Shown in pieces: positions 19,915 through 29,718 of a DNA stretch of 64,000 bases (position 1 is its first letter; every line of letters begins with the position of its first letter). Made by a program: the position numbers and the translations under genes. Origin of the DNA: Promethearchaeota archaeon (GTDB lineage: Archaea > Asgardarchaeota > Lokiarchaeia > Sigyniarchaeales > SOKP01); contig JAUVNS010000001.1 of NCBI GenBank assembly GCA_030599585.1, positions 192,001-256,000 on the forward strand, given 5' to 3'. The notes below the pieces were generated by a model. It was not told the origin of the DNA. It did no database searches and was given only the letters and a program-made list of their open reading frames with translations.

Positions 19915-21609
19915 ATGAAAGATTATTCTACTTGGGAGCCTATATATAATTTTGAAACTGAGTCTCCTTATCTTGAAAATTTAAATCGTCCGTGGCTAAA
20001 ATTCAGAACTCCTAATATTCCTAAATCAATAAAATTTGATCCTATTCCAGTTCACGAGCTTATAGGATTATCTGCTAAGAATTTTCCAAATAATGTCTGT
20101 GTCTTTCACATATCAAAGAATAAAAACTACACTTTTCGCGAATTAACCTATATTTCAGATAAAATTTCCAATGCATTGTATAAGTTAGGTACAAAAAAAG
20201 GTGATGCAGTGGGTATCATGACAGGAAATTGCCCTGAATTTTTATTTTGTTGTCTTGGAATTATGAAAACTGGCGCTGTAGTCATCCCAATTAATCCATT
20301 ACTTAAGGAATCGGATGTATCTCATATTATCAAAGAAACTGGAGATGTAAAAACTGTTTTTGTTCACAAAAAAAATTTTAGAACAATGAAAAAAGCACAA
20401 AAAGATGTGAGGGTAGATAATATTATCCTTTTGGAAGCAGACATAGCCAAAGAAGGGACCATAACTTTAGAGGAGTTTATCGAAGGCGTGGCACCCATTC
20501 GACCAGATGTAGATATAAATCCCTCTATCGATCTTGCTGCTCTTCTATTTACAGGGGGGACTACGGGATTACCAAAAGGCGTGATGTTAACTCACACTAA
20601 TTTAGTTTCCTGCACGCTCTCAACCTTATTAATGGCTGGTGAACCAGAAGAGGGAGAAGATAATTTCGGTAAAACAGTAAATTTATCAATTATACCTTTG
20701 TGCCATTCTTTTGGATTCTTAGTAATGATTGCAGCAGTTTTCGGGGCAGCAATGATAGTAATGTTTCCTTCCTTTAACGCTTCTGAAGTTCTTAAAGCCA
20801 TTGAGCATTACAAAGTTACTAATTTTGTTGGAGTCCCAGTTATGTATCAAATGTTAATAAATAATCCAGATTTCACAGAACGAGATCTTTCCAGTCTTGA
20901 AGAAGCTAATTCCGGTTCAGCCGCCCTACCTCCAGAATTAGCTAAAAAATGGGAAGTAGTTGTTGGAATTAAAGTTGGTCAAGGCTTTGGTTTAACAGAA
21001 ACTTCACCTATTACTCACATGGCTGCTCAATGGATGCCAGAGATTCGTTCTGAGAGTATTGGCGTTCCGATAATCGATACCGACGCTAAGATTGTTAATT
21101 TTGAAACTTTAAAAGAACTAGAACCTAATGAAATTGGAGAGCTTTTAATAAAAGGCCCCCAAATAATGAAGGGGTATTGGAAAAGTCCAGAAGAAACAAA
21201 GAAATCGATTATTGATGGTTGGTTAAGAACAGGAGATCTAGCAAGGATGGATGAACAAGGCTATTTTTATATTGAAGGTCGCGCAAAGGACATAATTAAA
21301 TATAAAGGATATAAAGTAATGCCACGTGAGGTCGAAGAAAAATTATATGAACATCCAGCAATTCTCGAAGCTGGTGTTGTATCGGCACCAGATCCAAACA
21401 TTGGAGAAACCATCAAAGCATTTGTAGTTTTAAAACCAAAATTTAAGGATAGTGGTATAACTGAGAGGGAAATTATTGAATGGGCAAAAGAAAGATTAGC
21501 AGGTTATAAATACCCCCGTCAAATAGAATTTATAAATATATTGCCTAGAACTTCAGTAGGTAAAATATTTAGGAGAAAACTAAGAGAAAGAACAGCAAAA
21601 GAGCAATGA
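19915..21609 (+). CDS. Long-chain fatty-acid--CoA ligase (AMP-binding)
   Basis: FTGGTTGLPKG, GFGLTET, RTGDLA, PRTSVGK. Confidence 0.93.
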   Translation: MKDYSTWEPIYNFETESPYLENLNRPWLKFRTPNIPKSIKFDPIPVHELIGLSAKNFPNNVCVFHISKNKNYTFRELTYISDKISNALYKLGTKKGDAVGIMTGNCPEFLFCCLGIMKTGAVVIPINPLLKESDVSHIIKETGDVKTVFVHKKNFRTMKKAQKDVRVDNIILLEADIAKEGTITLEEFIEGVAPIRPDVDINPSIDLAALLFTGGTTGLPKGVMLTHTNLVSCTLSTLLMAGEPEEGEDNFGKTVNLSIIPLCHSFGFLVMIAAVFGAAMIVMFPSFNASEVLKAIEHYKVTNFVGVPVMYQMLINNPDFTERDLSSLEEANSGSAALPPELAKKWEVVVGIKVGQGFGLTETSPITHMAAQWMPEIRSESIGVPIIDTDAKIVNFETLKELEPNEIGELLIKGPQIMKGYWKSPEETKKSIIDGWLRTGDLARMDEQGYFYIEGRAKDIIKYKGYKVMPREVEEKLYEHPAILEAGVVSAPDPNIGETIKAFVVLKPKFKDSGITEREIIEWAKERLAGYKYPRQIEFINILPRTSVGKIFRRKLRERTAKEQ

Positions 21610-21697
21610 AATTAGTTTAGTTTTTTTACATGAAACTTAATTTATAATTTATATATATGCCTACCTTATTTTATTGAACTATATATAATTTTTTAAT

Positions 21698-23125
21698 GTG
21701 AATAACATGAATAAAGAAGAGATATGTTTTATGTCTGCAATCGACATGTTCGAGGCGATAAGAAGGCAGGAACTAACTTCAGTAGAAATAACGGAAACAA
21801 TTATTGAAAGAATTGAAAAAATCAATCCAATTACAAACGCTTATTGCACAACAACATTCGATTTAGCTCGAAAGATGGCAAGAGAAGCAGATGATAAAGT
21901 TAAAAAAGGAGAAAAATTGGGATTATTAAACGGTATCCCGACATCAATTAAAGATTTAAATCCTGTAAAGGGAATTAGAACTACGTATGGCTCTAAAATT
22001 TATGAAAATCATATTCCGGATTATGATGACATCGCTGTTCAAAGATTAAAAAAAGAAGGATGCGTCATCTTAGGAAAAACTAATACACCAGAATTTGGTT
22101 TCAAGGGAGTAACAGATAATTTAATTTTTGGGCATAGCCGCAACCCATGGAATTTAGACGTCACAACGGCAGGATCTAGTGGTGGAGCAGCTTCAGCAGT
22201 TGTTTCAGGATTAGGTCCTTTAGCGCAAGGTTCAGATGGGGGTGGCTCAATAAGACATCCTGCAAGTTTTTGTGGTGCATATGGTCTTAAACCAAGTTTT
22301 GGAAGGGTACCTCGATATCCCAAGCTATATCCGATGGCTTTGGATATAGCAGTCATCGGTCCGATTGTTCGCCATGTTAAAGACGCAGCATTGATGTTAG
22401 ATTCAATGAAAGGTCCATTCGAAGGTGATAAAACCTCATTACCCAAAGATGGATTTAGATACATCGATAAAATCGGTGAAGTTCCTGAAAAAATAAAAAT
22501 TGGTTACTCGTTAGATTTAGGGTACGCAAAAGTAGTAGACGATGAGGTAGAGAAGAGTATTTTAAATTCTGTAGAACTTTTTGAGAATTTTAGTTGGGAT
22601 GTCGAACCAGTTAAAATGAAACTGCGTAAAGCTCCACTTTCATTTAACACGATCTGGACTTCAGCGTTAGGGTACAATCTAAAACCGTATTTAAAAGAAT
22701 GGGAAGATAAAATGGACCCCGATTTAGTAAAATTAATTAAAGCAGGTTTGGGTTACGATGGAATGTCGCTACCAAGAGCGTTAGCCATTCGCGCCCAAGT
22801 ATATGCAACAATTTACAAGGTCTTCAAAGATTACGATATTTTGATAACTCCATCTACTGCCGTTCCCGCTTTTAAGTTGGGGGTTATGTTTCCTTCGCAG
22901 ATAAATGGACTTAATGTATCACCAACTGCTTGGATGGCGTTTACGTTCCCATTTAATATGACAGGTCACCCCGCAGCTTCTATTCCATGTGGTTGGACTA
23001 ATGACGGTTTACCTATCGGGATGCAAATTGTTGGGAAAAGATTCGATGAACTCACTGTCTTACAAGTTTCTAAAGCGTTCGAAGAAGTAGCTCCTTGGCA
23101 AGATAAAAGACCAAATTTTAGTTAA
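21698..23125 (+). CDS. Amidase-signature family amidase
   Basis: SIKD, GKTNTPEFG, GSSGG, GSDGGGSIR, GLKPS. Confidence 0.95.
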   Translation: MNNMNKEEICFMSAIDMFEAIRRQELTSVEITETIIERIEKINPITNAYCTTTFDLARKMAREADDKVKKGEKLGLLNGIPTSIKDLNPVKGIRTTYGSKIYENHIPDYDDIAVQRLKKEGCVILGKTNTPEFGFKGVTDNLIFGHSRNPWNLDVTTAGSSGGAASAVVSGLGPLAQGSDGGGSIRHPASFCGAYGLKPSFGRVPRYPKLYPMALDIAVIGPIVRHVKDAALMLDSMKGPFEGDKTSLPKDGFRYIDKIGEVPEKIKIGYSLDLGYAKVVDDEVEKSILNSVELFENFSWDVEPVKMKLRKAPLSFNTIWTSALGYNLKPYLKEWEDKMDPDLVKLIKAGLGYDGMSLPRALAIRAQVYATIYKVFKDYDILITPSTAVPAFKLGVMFPSQINGLNVSPTAWMAFTFPFNMTGHPAASIPCGWTNDGLPIGMQIVGKRFDELTVLQVSKAFEEVAPWQDKRPNFS

Positions 23126-23185
23126 TTCTTCCTAATCACTTTTTTTTTTATTACTCTAAACCAAAATTTTTTACTACTAGTTAAT

Positions 23186-24067
23186 TTGCTAATCATGGAT
23201 AATAGGAATTTTAACGAAAACAAAATGAATAAGAAACAACAGAAAAAAGAACTATCGAGTTTTAGAAGGAGTCAATTAGCGCCTGAATATACTAATTTAG
23301 AGTTTTCAGTAATACTGAATAAACCGGAACATGCAGCAAACATTGGTGCAATAGCTAGACTAATGAAAAATTTCAATTTCGAGCACTTGATTATCTATAA
23401 TCCAAATGAAAAAGCAGAAAAAATTCGAAGTTACCATACGCAAGGTTTTGCAATGCACGGTAAGGAAATTCTCTTTAACGCAGAAATTATAACGATTGAA
23501 AACCAAATTGACCACCTATCTGGCTTTAAAGAATTGATGAATAGATTCGATATAAAATTTGCTACGACGGCCAAAGGAATGCATTATACGAATATAAGAA
23601 GATTGGCTACTTTCCCGGCAGAATTAACAATCCCTGTATCAGAAGAACCACTTAAAATTGCCTTAATTTTTGGAAGAGAATCTCACGGTCTTACGAATGA
23701 CGAAATCGAGATGACTGATCTAGTCTTAAGGATACCATCTAGCGAGGAGTACCCTACACTAAATCTATCTCAAGCTTGTGGAATTATTTTATATGAGTTA
23801 TATAAAAAAATACACAATCTAGAAATTGGAAGAGGTCCCAAACCAGTTTTACTTGCAAATAAAAACGATAAGCAAATGTTTTACAATTTAATTAAAAATT
23901 TAATTACTAATATTAGAATTCGCACTTATAGGGAAGAAAATGTATTTTTCGCCTTTAAAAATGTATTTGAGAGAGCTTTCGTATCTAAAAAAGAATTAAA
24001 CCTTATTATTGGGGTATTTTCAAAGTTGAATTCGTATTTAAAAAAAAGAGATAAGTATGAAGACTAA
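23186..24067 (+). CDS. trmJ: TrmJ/SPOUT tRNA 2'-O-methyltransferase
   Basis: NIGAIARLMKNF, FGRESHGLTNDE, YPTLNLSQA. Confidence 0.88.
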   Translation: MLIMDNRNFNENKMNKKQQKKELSSFRRSQLAPEYTNLEFSVILNKPEHAANIGAIARLMKNFNFEHLIIYNPNEKAEKIRSYHTQGFAMHGKEILFNAEIITIENQIDHLSGFKELMNRFDIKFATTAKGMHYTNIRRLATFPAELTIPVSEEPLKIALIFGRESHGLTNDEIEMTDLVLRIPSSEEYPTLNLSQACGIILYELYKKIHNLEIGRGPKPVLLANKNDKQMFYNLIKNLITNIRIRTYREENVFFAFKNVFERAFVSKKELNLIIGVFSKLNSYLKKRDKYED

Positions 24068-24086
24068 ATGTAAGAGTTTAATCGCT

Positions 24087-24305
24087 TCAGGTAGCTTGAT
24101 AATATCTAGGTTTGCGACTATATACAACTATTAGTTTATCAGGTGTTTCGTTAACAATTCTTCTAATCACTTTAGCCAAAGCATTATGAGTTTCGTATCC
24201 CATCGCACTAGCCCATTCACTGGCAGTAGATTTGCCTAATTCCTTCAATTTGTCTAAACACATTTGTTCATACGTCCTTGAAATTACTTTTTTTGCTTTT
24301 AACAT
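24087..24305 (-). CDS. Small winged-helix protein
   Basis: 72 aa with helix-helix-helix-wing pattern; GGAGGT RBS upstream. Confidence 0.7.
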   Translation of the reverse strand: MLKAKKVISRTYEQMCLDKLKELGKSTASEWASAMGYETHNALAKVIRRIVNETPDKLIVVYSRKPRYYQAT

Positions 24306-24803
24306 TAATATCTACCTCCCATTCCGTTTTTTTATTATTTAAACATAAATTTTTTATAAATTCATATTAGTAATGAATGTTTCATAGAAAATTGCTACTT
24401 TCACCGCACCTAACTGTAAGAACAGTGGCTTTCAATTCCAAGTTTTATTCTGATAATTTCTCCTAGTATTCTAATAAATTCTATCCTAAAAAAAAATTAG
24501 ATGAGAGGCTATTTAAACCATGATGTCAGACATTTGTAAACGAATACATATAAAATGTATAAGGATTCAAATTTATCCGTTGTACAAACCAAAAACATAG
24601 CTTACAAAATAACTAACAAAAATAGAGTTTACTTGACAAAAACGTATTTTAAATAAGTAAAAAACGATAAGGGAAATAAAGTTGATAAGCTTTAAATTAA
24701 ATATTAAAGAATCTTGAATCTAGTTATATTTTTGGGATTAGGAGTGCACCACTAATAAGATTTTATTTCATAATTTTTACTCATTTATATATATCTTCAT
24801 AAT

Positions 24804-24924
24804 TGGGAATGCTTTCCCATTATAAAAAGCGAGATTTTTATGATTTAGTAATTAATGCGTTAACATTAATGAAAAAAATTATGGTTTACGGTAAACCACA
24901 TAAGTGAAAAGATTTAAATAAATC
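24804..24924. promoter_or_regulatory. Cluster of four inverted repeats (putative operators)
   Basis: TGGGAA-n4-TTCCCA, ATTAATG-n6-CATTAAT, TGGTTTAC-G-GTAAACCA, GATTTA-n2-TAAATC. Confidence 0.4.
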
Positions 24925-24999
24925 TCAAGAGTTTGTTATTGTAGATAGACCTAATGTAAGAAAATTTAAGTAATATAGGGAAAAAATATAGTCAAAAAA

Positions 25000-25114
25000 G
25001 ACTCCTGCGCCACCCTGGATTTTTGTCTTTTGGTAACGCGAAATTTTCGCGTAATTCGCCATTCTTACCCTATATTAATTCGGACCTTATTTTTAGGTCT
25101 TGGCGACAGGAGTC
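25000..25114. ncRNA. Candidate structured non-coding RNA of unknown class (strand uncertain)
   Basis: Ends pair as GACTCCTG-CGCCA / TGGCG-A-CAGGAGTC; internal hairpins ACGCGAA/TTCGCGT and GGACCT/AGGTCT; GC-rich patch in an AT-rich spacer. Confidence 0.5.
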
Positions 25115-25382
25115 AACCTTTCTAAATGAAATAGGTATATTAGTAAAAGCTCAATTTATGATTAAATTTCTGCTACATAAAATCTTTTTTCACCAAGAAA
25201 TAGACTTGTGAATCATTCTATTATCCATTAAATGGACCTATTCACTTGTTTTAGTTAACTTAAACCTTATTACATAAAACATGTATTCCATCAATATTCT
25301 ACGGTAATGTTATCCACAAAATGTGAGCTTACCTTTAAAATAAAAAGATATATATACGCTATTATGGTATTTTTAATTAACC

Positions 25383-25847
25383 ATGTCTCAATCGTATAAA
25401 GATTTTTTAGATAAATACAAAATCGACGATTTTAAAACGAGTTTAAAGCTTACGGGACGCACAAAAGTAGATTTTTACAACGATATCGATAAACTATTAA
25501 AAAGTATGAGTACAATATTCGACAAACTGGCAACAATTGCTCCTATGAGGGGTGCCCATGTATTAATGGCAATAGCAAAACTAACAGGACCAGATAAAGT
25601 AGTAAACAAAACGGATGTTATAAGGTGCTTACATATTGAAAGATTAGAGAAGATTAAATCTGCAATTGATTATTTAGAAAAAGCGAAGTATATTACGATT
25701 GAGAAGAAAACAGAAAAATTCCACATTATAAAGTTAAACGAAGGAGATAACCCCGATTTAGCAGTCTTTAGAGAAATCGTTCAGAAATATTGGAAATCCC
25801 CTCGAGAAGAAGTAGAACAAGCTAAGAAATGGAGCCAAGAAGGATGA
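25383..25847 (+). CDS. Winged-helix domain protein
   Basis: VNKTDVIRCL...IKSAIDYLEKAKYITIEK wHTH pattern. Confidence 0.7.
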   Translation: MSQSYKDFLDKYKIDDFKTSLKLTGRTKVDFYNDIDKLLKSMSTIFDKLATIAPMRGAHVLMAIAKLTGPDKVVNKTDVIRCLHIERLEKIKSAIDYLEKAKYITIEKKTEKFHIIKLNEGDNPDLAVFREIVQKYWKSPREEVEQAKKWSQEG

Positions 25848-26845
25848 GAAATTCTCTGAAAAGCGTAGTAGAACTCAAGTTTGAAGATGAACAGAGTTTA
25901 GAAGATTCTGTTAAGATTATAAGATCAGAGTACATTAAAAAAGCGATAAAATCACTAATGTATATCGCTATCGTTTTATCTGTAGCACTAACCTATTTAT
26001 TGTATGGTTATTTACCGTATATCGAAAGCAATTTTTTCACTAACTTATTAGCTACTGAGAGTTTTAGTCCAGGAGGAAACGGTTTTCCTTTGAATTTAAC
26101 TTTAAGTTGGACGCTTTTTAGTACATGTATTTTCTTAATAGTGTATTTTTTTCGATCAAGTCAAAATAAATTTACACCCTCTTTAATTAAATATATCGAA
26201 CAAGAAACCAAATATGCTGGATTTGAATTCATAAAGAAGATTGAGAGCGTTGGATTATTTATGGTTTTGACAGCGGTCTCTATCGCAATTTTCTTCTATA
26301 TAGATCTTAGGTTTATTCAATTTAATAACACTTTCTGGAGTATTTTCTTTCAACATTCATTTTTCTTCTATTTATTAGTAAGTTTAGTTCTCCCAATCGT
26401 TTTCATATATAGAAACGATAAATTTGCTATAAAAATAAAGGATAATGTTTTCGTTCTTTGTAATCTGCATTATAATCTTCGGAAAAATAAGAATTACGAT
26501 CCTAGTTTATTAGGAATAATTCTCACATCAAATCGCTTGTGTTCTAAGTTTGATAAATCAGGAAAATATGTCTATTCTAAAATTTCAGAAGATAGATGGC
26601 TACTTCGTAACGAACCTTCTACTATGTCGCCATTTCTTCATTTTGAGGAGTTTTCCGTCCCATTTAACTTCCAAAAACAATTTTTAAACATTGTTTTAGC
26701 TCTTAATGAGTGGGAAAATAATTATGTTTCAAACCTCGCTTCAATGAATTACTACCTTTCAAACTCTTTTCCAAGTTATAAATACGAGATGAAGAAAAGC
26801 GACAAATCAGACCAACTTATCTATTTGAAGTTTTTAAATCACTAA
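25844..26845 (+). CDS. Hypothetical membrane protein (~4 TM)
   Basis: Four hydrophobic segments; ATGA overlap with the upstream stop supports a start at 25844. Confidence 0.65.
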   Translation: MRNSLKSVVELKFEDEQSLEDSVKIIRSEYIKKAIKSLMYIAIVLSVALTYLLYGYLPYIESNFFTNLLATESFSPGGNGFPLNLTLSWTLFSTCIFLIVYFFRSSQNKFTPSLIKYIEQETKYAGFEFIKKIESVGLFMVLTAVSIAIFFYIDLRFIQFNNTFWSIFFQHSFFFYLLVSLVLPIVFIYRNDKFAIKIKDNVFVLCNLHYNLRKNKNYDPSLLGIILTSNRLCSKFDKSGKYVYSKISEDRWLLRNEPSTMSPFLHFEEFSVPFNFQKQFLNIVLALNEWENNYVSNLASMNYYLSNSFPSYKYEMKKSDKSDQLIYLKFLNH

Positions 26846-27053
26846 CACTATTTTTTCTGTAAAGAATTATACAATAAGTCTAGGGATTAGTAAGATTCGA
26901 CTTAATATCTAAATATTTTAGAGGACTTAACATTTACATTAAAGATGGTTAATAAGAATGACCGATGAGACGCAGAAAAGATTAGAATGTTGCTGTATTA
27001 TAGTATTAGTAATTTTAATGATAATTTTTGGTATAATAACGAACCTGTCATCA

Positions 27054-28043
27054 TCATCCTATTAAAATATAAGTAGATAAAATTTCGATAAATATCAAGA
27101 TTATGATAAAAATAGTCGCTCCTGATATAAAATAATAGGGGCGCCCTTTCTCTTCTTGTGGAATTACTTCTCGGACTATTATATAGAGAATTATACCCGA
27201 AATAAAAGCGAAACATTGAAATATAACAAATGAGGATAATGGGTAAATAATTTCGAGGACTAAGCCTACTACAACGCCGGTTAAGACGGAAGTGATTGAT
27301 AATATTTTTATAAAATTATGTTCTTCGATTTTTGTATGAATGTTAATATCGAAGATTTTTATATGTCTGTTTGAGGTATTCGAAATTGTTGCTTTCAAAA
27401 TAGCAAAAAATGAGAATAATATCCCTGAAAATAAATCTTCTTTAAGCAAGTTAAATATAATTAATCCAACAATGATATGATAGAAATAGTTAATCACAAT
27501 ATGAACTCTCTCTAAATCCTTATTCAAATTCGATTCAAGTTCCATTTTAATCTCTTTTTCATGCTCCTTGAGTTCTTTATCTTTCTCGTTTAAACCTGTT
27601 ATATTTTCAGCTAATTTTCTTACTGTGATTTTGTCCCATTTTTCTCTATCGAGTTCTACATTTAATTTACGCTCTGTTATCTTTCCTTCAATCTCTAACT
27701 GCTTTTTTTTTATTACTAAATCTTTAATTATTGTTCTGCATTGATTTCCAACGCGTTTTAGAATCATTTTTTCACTTAAGTGTATAAAACAAAAACCAAC
27801 AAAGATAGCAGAATAAGTAAAAATTTCTTGATTATAATGAGATAATTCTTGAAATATCTCTGGTAACAGTTTTAAGAAAAAATATGCTATTGAAAATCCC
27901 GCAATTATGGAAACTTGCTTTTCTTTTGATTTAGGTCCTTTACATTCAAAACAGTACTTTTCGTGATAAAATTCGGTTAAAAGGAATAGGACACCAATGA
28001 CTAGTCCTAAAACTAAGGCGATAACTATATTTACTTCTGACAT
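27054..28043 (-). CDS. ZIP-like metal transporter with coiled-coil insertion
   Basis: AGFSIAYFFLKLLPE and AFISGIILYIIVREVIP ZIP-type motifs. Confidence 0.7.
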   Translation of the reverse strand: MSEVNIVIALVLGLVIGVLFLLTEFYHEKYCFECKGPKSKEKQVSIIAGFSIAYFFLKLLPEIFQELSHYNQEIFTYSAIFVGFCFIHLSEKMILKRVGNQCRTIIKDLVIKKKQLEIEGKITERKLNVELDREKWDKITVRKLAENITGLNEKDKELKEHEKEIKMELESNLNKDLERVHIVINYFYHIIVGLIIFNLLKEDLFSGILFSFFAILKATISNTSNRHIKIFDINIHTKIEEHNFIKILSITSVLTGVVVGLVLEIIYPLSSFVIFQCFAFISGIILYIIVREVIPQEEKGRPYYFISGATIFIIILIFIEILSTYILIG

Positions 28044-28160
28044 CTTAAGATTTTAGGAACCAACGCCTCAATATAAGTTTGATTTTTATAAATCATTAAA
28101 ATGTTAACTCGAAAGGAAAGTGTGAATTTTAGGAAGAATTAGAGTAAAAAAAAGATTATA

Positions 28161-28802
28161 TTATATGAAGTATTTTTGCTGAAGCATAACATATTTGTTG
28201 TGATCGATAAACTCTTGTTCGACAAGTCTAAAAACTATATCGTACAACTGTCGAAAGAGTTCTTCAGGGAATGCTTTGTGCTCAAAAACTATGTCACATA
28301 CTAATTCCTCTGTTAATATTTGCGAATTAACCGCTTTGTTATACAATAAGAATTTCATCATGGCAGCGTCTATTTTCGATTTTACAATATTTTTAATGAT
28401 TTCTAAACTTAAGTCTCGCTCTGGGTCAAGAAAGTATGGGAAATTCATATCGTCTAGAATTTTAATGTATCCAAAACGAGAAATTATTTTGTTAACGCAA
28501 TATTCTAGCGAACTTATTTCTAAATTAAACTTTTTACAGAAACTTTTTTTACTTTCGTGGGCTGGAAACGCAAAGGGATGTCTTGTCACAATGTAATAGC
28601 CAGCAATAAAAAACTTGTACAGATTGTGCGGAATTTTACTATTAGCTCTTAAATACCTATACACTAAAGAAACAGTATCTAAAACAAAATTTTTATCTAT
28701 GTCAAATTGAGTCAAGAAATCTTCTCCATCTTTAATTAGATCGATTGTGATCCTATCTTTAGTATTTATTATTTCGACTTCAAGAGGGTATAATTCTATC
28801 AT
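28161..28802 (-). CDS. Divergent cyclin-fold/TFB-repeat-like protein
   Basis: FFIAGYYIVTR...SKKSFCKKFNLEISSLEYCVNKI aligns by eye to the TFIIB repeat AAAALYIA...TQKEIA..AGVTEVTV. Confidence 0.5.
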   Translation of the reverse strand: MIELYPLEVEIINTKDRITIDLIKDGEDFLTQFDIDKNFVLDTVSLVYRYLRANSKIPHNLYKFFIAGYYIVTRHPFAFPAHESKKSFCKKFNLEISSLEYCVNKIISRFGYIKILDDMNFPYFLDPERDLSLEIIKNIVKSKIDAAMMKFLLYNKAVNSQILTEELVCDIVFEHKAFPEELFRQLYDIVFRLVEQEFIDHNKYVMLQQKYFI

Positions 28803-28841
28803 TTCTCACATGACACCTTATCTCTTCAAATTTTTTAAGGA

Positions 28842-28923
28842 AATATCGAAATATCACTTCGATATTATATGAATAACACTAATACTATTTAAAGGTGATG
28901 CAACTTGCATCACATCGATGCAA
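28842..28923. promoter_or_regulatory. Palindromic operator sites in a divergent promoter
   Basis: AATATCGAA-n7-TTCGATATT; GTGATGCAA-C-TTGCATCAC plus a third GATGCAA; TATTTAAA between them. Confidence 0.6.
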
Positions 28924-29003
28924 AATTCGCAATATTTAAATATCCAAACTATTTCTATTAAGATAGAATTATCAAAATTTCGACAATAATAAGAGAAGTT
29001 GTT

Positions 29004-29459
29004 ATGCCACCCGACAATACCGAAAATGCTAAAAAACGGATAACTGTCAATCTAGAAAGCATAGATTATAAAATCATAGATGCTTTAGAAGGTGTTATAG
29101 CGAATTCGAAAGCTGCAGTAATATATCAAATGATAAAAGAGTGGATAAATCAAAATTCCGAACGCATCATGAAGACATGGGAGATTGATTTCGCCGGCAT
29201 AAGACGACAGGTTTTAGCCGAAACAAAAGGATTGTCAATCAAGGAAGAATTGAAAGATTTAGATAGAGAAATAATCGAACAGCTACCTATGCTTTTTGAA
29301 ACAATTTCGAGTATTAATTCAAAAGAACTCGCAGAAATTCTTGAAGTTAATCAGAAAACGCTCCAGAGAGTTATTTTTGGATATAGAAAGGAGTTATTAA
29401 AGTTAGGCTTAAATTTAGGATATGAAGATGGTTTAATCACCAAAAAGGAATCTAAATGA
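29004..29459 (+). CDS. Ribbon-helix-helix plus HTH DNA-binding protein
   Basis: KRITVNL..IDYKIIDAL...SKAAVIYQMIKEW (RHH); SKELAEILEVNQKTLQRVI (HTH). Confidence 0.7.
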   Translation: MPPDNTENAKKRITVNLESIDYKIIDALEGVIANSKAAVIYQMIKEWINQNSERIMKTWEIDFAGIRRQVLAETKGLSIKEELKDLDREIIEQLPMLFETISSINSKELAEILEVNQKTLQRVIFGYRKELLKLGLNLGYEDGLITKKESK

Positions 29460-29487
29460 AAAAAATCAAATATTAAAGTTGATGTAA

Positions 29488-29691
29488 TTGGCTTTACTGA
29501 AAATAGATACAACGCACAATTCTTTAGCTCCTAATATCGAGCGTTTTGGACCAGGTTTAGATGAATCAGACATTTATTCCGGTAAAGAAGTAATTAGTTT
29601 TAATAATCGACATCCAATCTTTAAAACACTTATGAAATTAGAATTTGAAGAAGTTCTTCGAAAATATCATAAAATAACAATAATTAAATGA
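29488..29691 (+). CDS. Small protein, IIPF/DIYxG family (member 1; start uncertain)
   Basis: SDIYSGKEVISFNNRHPIFKTLMKLEF. Confidence 0.6.
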   Translation: MALLKIDTTHNSLAPNIERFGPGLDESDIYSGKEVISFNNRHPIFKTLMKLEFEEVLRKYHKITIIK

Positions 29692-29718
29692 AAAAAAAAA
29701 GAGTAGAGCGTGTCTTAG

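Noticed and set aside
21698-23125. gatA assignment
   Set aside because: Generic amidase signature with no gatB/gatC nearby; the context is catabolic
25000-25114. Fluoride riboswitch, HDV-like ribozyme or tRNA identity for the RNA candidate
   Set aside because: Fragments resemble them (TTCGCCAT, GACTCCT, AATGGCGAAT), but element order and pseudoknots do not fit, and there is no T-loop or CCA
25023-25211. 62-aa ORF over the structured element
   Set aside because: TTG start, no RBS, no motif; the base-pairing pattern explains the sequence better
24306-25382. Replication origin
   Set aside because: AT-rich with palindromes, but no ORB-like boxes and no adjacent orc1/cdc6
26960-26982. Hammerhead-like CCGATGAG...GAAA
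   Set aside because: The core needs CUGAUGA and a stem II; neither is present
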